A stretch of DNA of 32,000 nucleotides from assembly GCF_043950625.1 (NCBI RefSeq), contig NZ_CP171007.1. The stretch is one strand, 5' to 3'. Below the pieces are notes generated by a model. It was not told the DNA's origin and ran no database searches. It saw only the letters and a program-made list of their open reading frames with translations. The translations under genes and the position numbers were made by a program. Below are positions 1 through 6,173 of this stretch, piece after piece (within the stretch, counting starts at the first letter, position 1; each line of letters begins with the position of its first letter). Source of the DNA: Alkanindiges sp. WGS2144. GTDB lineage: Bacteria; Pseudomonadota; Gammaproteobacteria; Pseudomonadales; Moraxellaceae.

Positions 1-459
1 ATTTTCTACTAGTGCCCGTTGCGTCTGGCTTGCAGGGTTACGGACTGCCCTTCTCCAGTAGTAAACCGTAGCAAGGCTTGCACCATAGGGGCGGTGTAAA
101 TGGTAATGTTCGCCCACCAAGTCCAGGATATGATTATGTAAGAACTTGGGCGACTGGGTTATAAAAATTATGTCATGCCCGGTATGCCGATGCACTTCCA
201 TAGCCTGTACTATTTCATCCTGTGAACGCTGCCCACGGGTTGCTGCAAAGCGTTGATGCTGCTGGGCTTCGTCATAGACGACTATAGAGCCGTCCGGGGT
301 TTCACGCCAATCTTCCGGGCTTTTTTCTATACCCTGAATATTCAGGCCGTCAATATCAGAGTAAATTTCCCGCTTGTTTTCTTTTGCCCACTGAATGATT
401 TTGGATACAGCGAATAGGGTTTTGCCTGATCCGGGCGTGCCAGTAATCAAAATAATCAT
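1..459 (-). CDS. Zot / pI-family filamentous-phage assembly ATPase, N-terminal 153 aa (C-terminus off the left edge)
   Basis: My own translation of the reverse strand from ATG 459..457 gives MIILITGTPGSGKTLFAVSKIIQW...VVYDEAQQ...HRHTGHDIIFITQSP..., with no stop before position 1. It has Walker A GTPGSGKT, Walker B-like VVYDEAQ and the HRHxGxDxxxxTQ motif typical of the Zot family. It is absent from the ORF track because it is edge-truncated. Confidence 0.9.
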   Translation of the reverse strand, partial: MIILITGTPGSGKTLFAVSKIIQWAKENKREIYSDIDGLNIQGIEKSPEDWRETPDGSIVVYDEAQQHQRFAATRGQRSQDEIVQAMEVHRHTGHDIIFITQSPKFLHNHILDLVGEHYHLHRPYGASLATVYYWRRAVRNPASQTQRALVEN

Positions 460-460
460 A

Positions 461-739
461 TCAAACCTTTTTAAGCGTTAAGCCCATACTATTGATAGTT
501 GCCCTGGCAATCACCGCGCCAATAAGAACAGATAGGGCAACGTCACAACCTGATAAACCAAGAAATGACAAGACCACGCCACCATTAGAAAATAAACCAC
601 TTAAACCCTGATTAATGAACTGGCGGACTATAGTTAAGATGATTTGACTGGACATGAGGCCAAGACCAGCACCCAACAACATGCGCTTTACTGCCGAACC
701 TAGCAAAAGCTGACCCACTAAAAACAGTAGTTTTCCCAC
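461..739 (-). CDS. Small integral membrane protein (DUF2523-like / pVI-like minor virion or assembly protein)
   Basis: The ORF 461..808 is open. The likely start is GTG 739..737, preceded by GGAGG (745..749, reverse strand). The product VGKLLFLVGQLLLGS...GLGLMSSQIILTIV... is about 92 aa and very hydrophobic. Its stop lies 1 nt from the Zot ATG. Its position directly upstream of zot matches other inoviruses. Confidence 0.6.
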   Translation of the reverse strand: MGKLLFLVGQLLLGSAVKRMLLGAGLGLMSSQIILTIVRQFINQGLSGLFSNGGVVLSFLGLSGCDVALSVLIGAVIARATINSMGLTLKKV

Positions 740-823
740 GTTTAGGCCTCCTTTTTTTGCAATGGGTGCAGCGTGTGTCCTCGCACGGCTGCGGGCAGCA
801 CGCCGCACCCATTGCTATATTTT

Positions 824-2686
824 TTAGCCATCGGTTGCACCTCCCCGACCTGTACCAGCTACGATATAGGCGCCGAGAATGTAAGCGCTACCAATAACGA
901 AAGGCCGCAGGGACTGCATGAAAGAGCAAAGTGGCTGATAGCTAAATTCCATCGGTACAGCGTTATTCATAATCGTAACGGAAGTAGTAAAAGGGGCTGG
1001 GCACTGGGCACCAAAGTTAATATTTGGATTTTCTACTTCAATTTCTAAAGCTGAGACATTGACGAGCCCATCTTCAGCAGCTGGTGCTTCTTTTACCCAT
1101 TCCCGGTGAGCTTCATCTTTGGCAGTCTGTTCTTTAATAGCTTCTTTGGTCGCTGTTGCGTCAGAGTGGGCAATATCACCAATGCGCGTGTCATTTGCAG
1201 TGTTTTCTTCGGTGGCTTCTTTGTTTGCCACAGCGTCAGAATGTGCCTGTGTACCAATACGGGTATTTTCTGCTGTACCTTCGTTCACTGCGTCTTTTAC
1301 GCCTGTAATAGAGCCTGTAAGTGTATCAACGGCGGAGGTAATGGCATCTTTTATGCCTGTAATGGCATTGATTAAAGAATCAATAGCAGGGTTTACCAGA
1401 TCTTTTATGGCTTCTTTTGCATTGCTAATTGCATCAGAGATTGCAGAACCTTGGTTGACTAGCTCGCCTTTGATTTCAGTAGCAGCGTTATCTATTTTTG
1501 TTCCATTGTTGACCAATTCGCCCTTGATCTCGGTTTTTGCTTGATCGGTTTTTTGGCCGTTATTGACTAGCTCTCCTTTGATTTCAGTAGCTGTATTATT
1601 GAGAGTGTTCACAGCTGAAGCAGCATTAACAACAGCGCCTTTCATCTCATCCATTTTTTGGCCGTTGTTGACAAGCTCGCCTTTCATTTCTTGTGTTGCG
1701 GTAGCTACCCTGGCGGTTTGCTGAACATTTTGTTCAGATGCTGAAGCAGCCCGTCCACTATTCGCATTGCTGATATTCATTGCATTACAGATGAATGAAG
1801 CCCATGAGCAAAATGCGGGGAGCTTGAATTTTTCAGTAGGAGCGTTAGGGTTATTCGGGTCGGTTTTATCTATGTCACGGTCACCCGCTTGATCTTCAAC
1901 GCCTGTATTTGATTCTAATTCACGCGGCACAGATGGCGAAAACGGATAATTGCGCTCATTATCATAATTACGAGGATCAGCAACAGCCTCTATTGCCCTA
2001 CGTGCTGAATCTATTTGCCCTGAAGTCGGGGATTTGGTACCGCCATCTTTATAGTCGGTCACATCTTGCCCATTAGCAGCGTTAACAACATCACGGGCAA
2101 GCTGGTCATAGGGAACATACCTGTCTTTTGGCTCACCTTTAACAGGGTTTATGTCATATTCGGCAACAGAACCAGATTCATAATTTATCTTACACTTTCC
2201 ACCTGACACAACTCCACGACCAGGAGCACCCTGCACTCTTGCCCTAGCATTACAAGCATCCTGCTGTGTAGCAAACACACCAGCCCCAGCGTCATATCCT
2301 GAGACTGTATAATCCCTAATAATTGCCCTATTGTTAGCAGGATCTAATACATAATCAACGCCAGCAAGCAAAGCCTCTACAGCGGCAATAGCGGCAAAAC
2401 CAATAGCCCCACCTTTGCCCATACCATCTAAAATATTCGCAGCAGACACAGGAACACGAGCGAAAGACTTAACAGTTCGAGCAGAACCGTTGATAACCGC
2501 CTGTTTTGTAGCATTTATGACGGCAGTTGAGGACGAAGCAACAACATCCACAACAGTCCAACCACCAAAGGCTGCATTTGCATGAACATACACAGGAAAA
2601 AGAGCTATATAAAATGCCAGGATATAAGTTAAGGCTTTGGCAATAAAATTATTACCGCTAGAACCATTGTTAGAACTATTAGCCAT
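824..2686 (-). CDS. Adsorption / minor coat protein (pIII-like, TspB C-terminal-domain-like), 620 aa
   Basis: It has an N-terminal signal-like segment (ILAFYIALFPVYVHA|NAA), a Cys-containing N-terminal domain, a central helical region with tandem repeats, and a C-terminal segment CPAPF...FSYQPLCSFMQSLRPFVIGSAYILGAYIVAG ending in a TM anchor. It sits between the coat gene and the DUF2523-like/zot genes. The family assignment is by eye only. Confidence 0.75.
   Translation of the reverse strand: MANSSNNGSSGNNFIAKALTYILAFYIALFPVYVHANAAFGGWTVVDVVASSSTAVINATKQAVINGSARTVKSFARVPVSAANILDGMGKGGAIGFAAIAAVEALLAGVDYVLDPANNRAIIRDYTVSGYDAGAGVFATQQDACNARARVQGAPGRGVVSGGKCKINYESGSVAEYDINPVKGEPKDRYVPYDQLARDVVNAANGQDVTDYKDGGTKSPTSGQIDSARRAIEAVADPRNYDNERNYPFSPSVPRELESNTGVEDQAGDRDIDKTDPNNPNAPTEKFKLPAFCSWASFICNAMNISNANSGRAASASEQNVQQTARVATATQEMKGELVNNGQKMDEMKGAVVNAASAVNTLNNTATEIKGELVNNGQKTDQAKTEIKGELVNNGTKIDNAATEIKGELVNQGSAISDAISNAKEAIKDLVNPAIDSLINAITGIKDAITSAVDTLTGSITGVKDAVNEGTAENTRIGTQAHSDAVANKEATEENTANDTRIGDIAHSDATATKEAIKEQTAKDEAHREWVKEAPAAEDGLVNVSALEIEVENPNINFGAQCPAPFTTSVTIMNNAVPMEFSYQPLCSFMQSLRPFVIGSAYILGAYIVAGTGRGGATDG
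1130..1279 (-). repeat. In-frame 75-nt (25-aa) tandem duplication in the adsorption protein gene
   Basis: GTAENTRIGTQAHSDAVANKEATEE (1279..1205) is followed by NTANDTRIGDIAHSDATATKEAIKE (1204..1130). Confidence 0.7.
1427..1693 (-). repeat. In-frame tandem coding repeats: three 54-nt (18-aa) units TEIKGELVNNGxK... plus one degenerate copy
   Basis: The units lie at 1588..1535, 1534..1481 and 1480..1427, with peptides TEIKGELVNNGQKTDQAK / TEIKGELVNNGTKIDNAA / TEIKGELVNQGSAISDAI. A degenerate copy MKGELVNNGQKMDEMKG lies around 1640..1690. Confidence 0.8.
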
Positions 2687-2709
2687 TCCATTCCAAAACC
2701 TTAAATCTA

Positions 2710-2742
2710 ATGAAAAGATAGGGCAGTTTTTTAGACTGCCCT
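2710..2742 (-). terminator. Rho-independent terminator/attenuator downstream of the major coat gene
   Basis: An 8-bp stem AGGGCAGT (2720..2727) pairs with ACTGCCCT (2735..2742) across a 7-nt loop. On the minus strand it is followed by ATCTTTTCAT. It lies in the 71-bp gap between the coat gene stop (2758) and the adsorption gene start (2686). Confidence 0.55.
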
Positions 2743-2757
2743 GTTAGATGCACCCTA

Positions 2758-2997
2758 TTACAGAGCGCGGCGTACCACTTTCCAGCCCTTGATAACCACA
2801 TACAGGGTTAGCATTGCACCACCGATGGCAGCAACGGGTGCAGACAGCCCAGTGATAGAAGTTACAACGTCTCCAACGTCTACCTCACCAGCAGCGAATG
2901 CCGGAGCGGTTGCAGTACCTGCAAGAGCAAAGCCATACATGGCTTTTTGTTTGAGGGTCATCGGGGCTTTGCCCTGGGTTTGGTTTTGAGTGTTCAT
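2758..2997 (-). CDS. Major coat protein (pVIII-like) precursor, 79 aa
   Basis: It has a signal-like leader ending APAFA|AGE. The predicted 44-aa mature peptide has an acidic N-terminus (AGEVDVGDVV), a hydrophobic core (APVAAIGGAMLTLYVVI) and a basic C-terminus (KGWKVVRRAL), which is the classic inovirus coat layout. The RBS AAGGAAG lies 8 nt upstream of the ATG. Confidence 0.8.
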   Translation of the reverse strand: MNTQNQTQGKAPMTLKQKAMYGFALAGTATAPAFAAGEVDVGDVVTSITGLSAPVAAIGGAMLTLYVVIKGWKVVRRAL

Positions 2998-2999
2998 AG

Positions 3000-3194
3000 C
3001 TATGCTTCCTTAATAAATTTAGCTATTAGAGAAAAAAGCCAAGCAGTTACTAAAACGGTTACTATCGCTAGCCCTATTTGTTGTGCCTGCTCAACCGTGA
3101 TACTTGGAAAAAGCTGGGTTTGCTCCTTCCACTGGATACACGTCTGCAACCCGTTTACGTCAGGTACAGTTAGCTGATTACAGACATGAGCCAT
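3000..3194 (-). CDS. Small membrane protein, candidate minor coat protein (pVII/pIX-like position), 64 aa
   Basis: It has one C-terminal TM helix (IGLAIVTVLVTAWLFSLIAKFI) and is tightly packed between the 98-aa gene and the coat gene. No family was recognised. Confidence 0.45.
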   Translation of the reverse strand: MAHVCNQLTVPDVNGLQTCIQWKEQTQLFPSITVEQAQQIGLAIVTVLVTAWLFSLIAKFIKEA

Positions 3195-3197
3195 TCT

Positions 3198-3494
3198 TTA
3201 CGCCTTCACTTGTGGAACTGGTTGAAGGTCAATTAATATGGTTTTTTGGCTTTTGCCATTGGTGACCATTTCAAAGGTCGCTTGAGCTTGAAAGGGATAT
3301 TTCAAACTGGCAATTTTCAGGAAGTTGTCAGACAACCCCCAAGCATACTCAGACCCGGCAAAGCCGACAGCGTCCCCTTTGCTTGTATCCATACCCGTTT
3401 TAACGTAAACCTTTGTACTATCGTATGGCTTGCCCTCAATTTCGCCTTTGCTACGCTTAGCACCAGTCACCACTACGTCAGATTTAAATTGCAT
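3198..3494 (-). CDS. Candidate ssDNA-binding protein (pV-like by size and position), 98 aa
   Basis: This soluble 98-aa protein lies immediately downstream of Rep and upstream of the coat genes. It looks beta-rich (VVVTGAKRSKGEIEGKPYDSTKVYVKTG...). The function is assigned from position and size only. Confidence 0.45.
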   Translation of the reverse strand: MQFKSDVVVTGAKRSKGEIEGKPYDSTKVYVKTGMDTSKGDAVGFAGSEYAWGLSDNFLKIASLKYPFQAQATFEMVTNGKSQKTILIDLQPVPQVKA

Positions 3495-3505
3495 GTTGTT
3501 TCCCT

Positions 3506-4786
3506 CTATGAATAAACAGCGTCAAAATTTGAACGCTGGACAGCCTGAGCAAAGCGGGTATAGCTATACGCTTTGTCAAATTGTTTATTGCGTTCGATTG
3601 AAATAGCCAAGTGATCAATAATCTGTAACCGCTTAGGCACAGCATCAGGATCATTAGCAGTGATAAATTCCATAATCTCGGAATCTGAATAGACTTTTCT
3701 AAACAGGGCAAAGTATTTGCCAAACTGATGTTTAATGATTTCTTTTGCCCGTTGCTGGGTAATCACAGCAGTCTTTTTAACCGTGGCTATTTTTTCGGGT
3801 ATAGCGTACTGGTCAAAGTCAGCAAAACAGGGATAAGCACCCAGAAAATAGGGGCTAGGACTTAATAAAATGTCAAAAGGGATAAAACGGTCATGCCCTT
3901 TAAATTCGACCTCGGCACGTGTCCAGGGGTCATCCTTTGCCCCTTCTTTTTTGCCTTTCTCATAGATACGGCAGAACTTGCCGGATTCACGGGTTCCAAT
4001 GGTTAGGGTTCGACCTTTGCCAGTGATCCGCTTCCAGTTTCCGAGGTGTCCAATATTGGGCATAGTGCCACCGCACCAGAAGCCGCCTAGGCCGTCTTGC
4101 ATGTTTGCCCAATCTACATTGAGATGCCTTCCTTCAAAGTCATCATGTGCAAGGTCAACACGAGTAAGCTTAGGGCGTTGGGCATATTCAGTCAGGAATC
4201 TATAAAGGCGTTCCTGCCAACCACGAGCAGCCAGAGCACAACCAGTCCCGTTGAGCTGAACCGCAACCCGTTTAGAGCTATGCCCCATAAGTACCATGCC
4301 TAGATTGTCTTCTAGCTCCCATGAGTACTTGTAAAAATGCATTCCCTTGTCACGTTTCTTAGCAATGCCAAAGCCAAAAATCTCATGCAGTTCCTGGTTT
4401 AAGTCATCGGCTAATTCATCAAAGGCCTCGGAATCATTGATATCTAGGCCGTTGTAACAATTTCCAAAGGTTTCCACCCCTAAAGCAAAGGTAACCCAAT
4501 CCAGTTGAGCCACTTCACCAGTACAAGGAACGCTATGGATAATTGGTAAATCTGTTCCGTCTTCGGTTTTGACCATGCGAACGTTGTCAAGCTTACGCGG
4601 ATATTTCCAATGCTTTAGGTCGGCAGTTTTGCCAAAAATTTCCGGCTGGTTACCGTCCACTATCGCGGGGATTACGTCAGCTTGTGCCCCCTGTGGTGAT
4701 ACCGTTACCCCCATATTATAAAAGGGGGTAACTTCGGCCTTTACCGTGTGTTTTAACCGGGTCTTGTTTGTTTTTTGATCAGCCAT
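3506..4786 (-). CDS. Rolling-circle replication initiation protein (Rep_trans / RstA / pII-like), 426 aa
   Basis: Size and position fit, and it carries the motif LTRVDLAHDD typical of the Rep_trans family. It is the first large gene of the structural/replication operon. Confidence 0.8.
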   Translation of the reverse strand: MADQKTNKTRLKHTVKAEVTPFYNMGVTVSPQGAQADVIPAIVDGNQPEIFGKTADLKHWKYPRKLDNVRMVKTEDGTDLPIIHSVPCTGEVAQLDWVTFALGVETFGNCYNGLDINDSEAFDELADDLNQELHEIFGFGIAKKRDKGMHFYKYSWELEDNLGMVLMGHSSKRVAVQLNGTGCALAARGWQERLYRFLTEYAQRPKLTRVDLAHDDFEGRHLNVDWANMQDGLGGFWCGGTMPNIGHLGNWKRITGKGRTLTIGTRESGKFCRIYEKGKKEGAKDDPWTRAEVEFKGHDRFIPFDILLSPSPYFLGAYPCFADFDQYAIPEKIATVKKTAVITQQRAKEIIKHQFGKYFALFRKVYSDSEIMEFITANDPDAVPKRLQIIDHLAISIERNKQFDKAYSYTRFAQAVQRSNFDAVYS

Positions 4787-5042
4787 GATTTACCCCGTCA
4801 GACTTATTATCTACATCACCACGACACGCGCACCGCTCGGCCGCGCTCGCTTGCGTCAATCCCCGGTAATGCTTTCCGATCCTCTGCCGTTTGCCAGTCT
4901 TTACACTGGTTTGGCTTTCACTGCGTCCGCCTAAACTGGCGCTCCATTCCTTATCACTTCCCTTCGTCCTACAAGTCTTCCCCGCGCTTGTCTGGCTCGC
5001 GCGGCCTCGCTCTGCTTGGAGGGTTAGGGCGTTATCGTTCAT
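4779..5042 (-). CDS. Hypothetical highly basic low-complexity protein (87 aa); coding status uncertain
   Basis: Its ATG 5042..5040 overlaps the upstream gene's TGA (ATGA), and its stop overlaps the Rep ATG by 8 nt, which suggests translational coupling. However, the region is GC-rich and open in several frames, so it may instead be non-coding (ori/packaging). Confidence 0.3.
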   Translation of the reverse strand: MNDNALTLQAERGRASQTSAGKTCRTKGSDKEWSASLGGRSESQTSVKTGKRQRIGKHYRGLTQASAAERCACRGDVDNKSDGVNHG

Positions 5043-5317
5043 AGCCACGAGTCATCACCCTGTTGATGCAGAATTTCAATAAGAGAGGCATTTTCACTTT
5101 CAAATATGTCAGCCAAGGCCGCTATACGCGCTGGGGAGTAGCCCCAGGCTGCGCAAACAGTTTCTAGCTGCCGTAAACAATGCTCGGTATTTGGTGTAGG
5201 ATTGCCACCTATTACAATTTGCTCGCCATAATTGGCGACAATCTGGGCGACATGATCAAATGCCGCCTGTGCAAACTCATGCTGATCTATATAAACAAAT
5301 GCTTGCATGACATTCAC
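5039..5317 (-). CDS. Hypothetical phage early protein, 92 aa
   Basis: The product is an ordinary-looking soluble sequence (MNVMQAFVYIDQHEFAQAAFDHV...), on the same strand as Rep and immediately upstream. No family was recognised. Confidence 0.5.
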   Translation of the reverse strand: MNVMQAFVYIDQHEFAQAAFDHVAQIVANYGEQIVIGGNPTPNTEHCLRQLETVCAAWGYSPARIAALADIFESENASLIEILHQQGDDSWL

Positions 5318-5331
5318 CAGGGTTAGAAAAA

Positions 5332-5763
5332 ATGAGCCAGTTAGTTTTTTTAGTTATCGGTTTGGCTATAGGGTTTTGGCTTGGGAGAAATTCCAAAACC
5401 CCAGCCAATAAAAAGCCAGTACCGCCACGGGTTAGCTTGACGGCACTGGAAAGACACAAAGCGAAAGTCTTATATTCAAGTGATGCAGACCGAATAAGAG
5501 AGTTAAATTTGCTATCACCCAATGCAGGGCGATTTTTTGCAATGCTTAAAAGGGAAATGCAGCCATTTGACGTAGTGATTAAGGACAGGCGATTCTTTAT
5601 CGTTGATGCAGATAAATTCCCACTTGCCATATTTGAATATAGAGATGGCAAGCAGACACTACGCGCTACGGATACAGAGGACGGTTTGCCAGTGTTCTTG
5701 TATAAGAACCTGCCGCCCAGTAGACAACTGGCGGATGATAAAGAAGCCATTTTTAAACGGTGA
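5332..5763 (+). CDS. Membrane-anchored hypothetical protein, 143 aa, opposite in orientation to the phage early operon; faint DUF2726-like (nuclease-fold) resemblance
   Basis: It has an N-terminal TM helix (LVFLVIGLAIGFWLG) followed by a globular part, LLSPNAGRFFAMLKREMQPFDVV...FFIVDADKFPLAIFEYRDG...GLPVFLY. The competing minus-strand ORF 5277..5771 is Ser/Leu/Cys-rich and looks like antisense noise. The RBS is weak and the codons are AT-rich and rare (AGA/AGG/ATA). Confidence 0.5.
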   Translation: MSQLVFLVIGLAIGFWLGRNSKTPANKKPVPPRVSLTALERHKAKVLYSSDADRIRELNLLSPNAGRFFAMLKREMQPFDVVIKDRRFFIVDADKFPLAIFEYRDGKQTLRATDTEDGLPVFLYKNLPPSRQLADDKEAIFKR

Positions 5764-5770
5764 GCTAACA

Positions 5771-6052
5771 TTACTCAGCCACCAATTCTCTAACTTGAAT
5801 ATCAAGTCTATTAAGGCGCCCAAAGAATTCATGATATTCAAGGTATGAAATCTCGCCAACGTCTTTTAAAGCGTCTAAATAGCCCTGAATTTTAAAAGAG
5901 TGGAAATCTAGGCGGGCTTTACTAGCGAAACTGCCAGTATGTAGCGATATCCGATTTTCATAATCCAAAAAGCGCTGTTCAATCAGAGCCAGAACAGCAG
6001 CATCAGTTTTAAAGAAAATGCCTGATTTTTTAGGTCTTGATGTAACTACCAT
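5771..6052 (-). CDS. Hypothetical phage early protein, 93 aa (first gene downstream of the switch region)
   Basis: ATG 6052..6050 is preceded by AAGGGTGG. The track's start at 6061 is a GTG three codons upstream. The N-terminus KKSGIFFKTDAAVLALIEQRF could be a ribbon-helix-helix strand plus helix, but that is speculative. Confidence 0.5.
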   Translation of the reverse strand: MVVTSRPKKSGIFFKTDAAVLALIEQRFLDYENRISLHTGSFASKARLDFHSFKIQGYLDALKDVGEISYLEYHEFFGRLNRLDIQVRELVAE

Positions 6053-6065
6053 AGCTGCCACCCTT

Positions 6066-6157
6066 GAATTTCCCGATAATGAGAATTACATTCCGTTTTA
6101 GAAATTCCTGTTTATGGAAATTCCAATAAGTGGAAAATACTATTCCAATTTCTGGAA
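6066..6157. promoter_or_regulatory. Operator-like array of GGAA/TTCC half-sites in the divergent intergenic region
   Basis: TTCC occurs at 6070, 6091, 6105, 6121 and 6143. GGAA occurs at 6116, 6132 and 6154. They form the palindromic units GAATTTCC, GAAATTCC, GGAAATTCC, GGAA-N7-TTCC and TTCCA-N5-TGGAA. That is eight half-sites in 92 bp, against about 0.7 expected for a 4-mer plus its complement under uniform composition. Confidence 0.55.
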
Positions 6158-6173
6158 ATCAAGAGGTGCAAAA

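Noticed and set aside
461-808. The full-length 115-aa version of the small membrane ORF, and the overlapping 612..812 and 773..1048 ORFs.
   Set aside because: The Arg/Ala-rich N-terminal 23 codons lie upstream of a good GGAGG-GTG start. The other two ORFs are out-of-frame or antisense overlaps with no supporting signals.
1106-1544. Plus-strand ORFs 1106..1375 and 1119..1544.
   Set aside because: They are antisense to the repeat region of the adsorption gene. They are Cys/Phe/Val-rich and are kept open by the repeat structure.
1427-1693. Regularly spaced ~54-nt repeats that could superficially suggest a CRISPR-like or satellite array.
   Set aside because: The units are directly adjacent with no spacers. 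They are in frame within a long ORF and encode a repeated peptide, so they are coding tandem repeats.
5277-5771. The 164-aa minus-strand ORF, which would make the phage early operon continuous on one strand.
   Set aside because: The translation is Ser/Leu/Cys-rich with no domain-like features, and looks like the antisense shadow of the more protein-like plus-strand 143-aa ORF. It is kept as the explicit alternative in the finding for 5332..5763.
6114-6173. The upstream ATG (6114) as start of the HTH ORF, as given in the ORF track.
   Set aside because: It lies inside the GGAA/TTCC operator-like array and has no RBS. ATG 6174 has AAGAGG upstream and begins the recognisable HTH domain.
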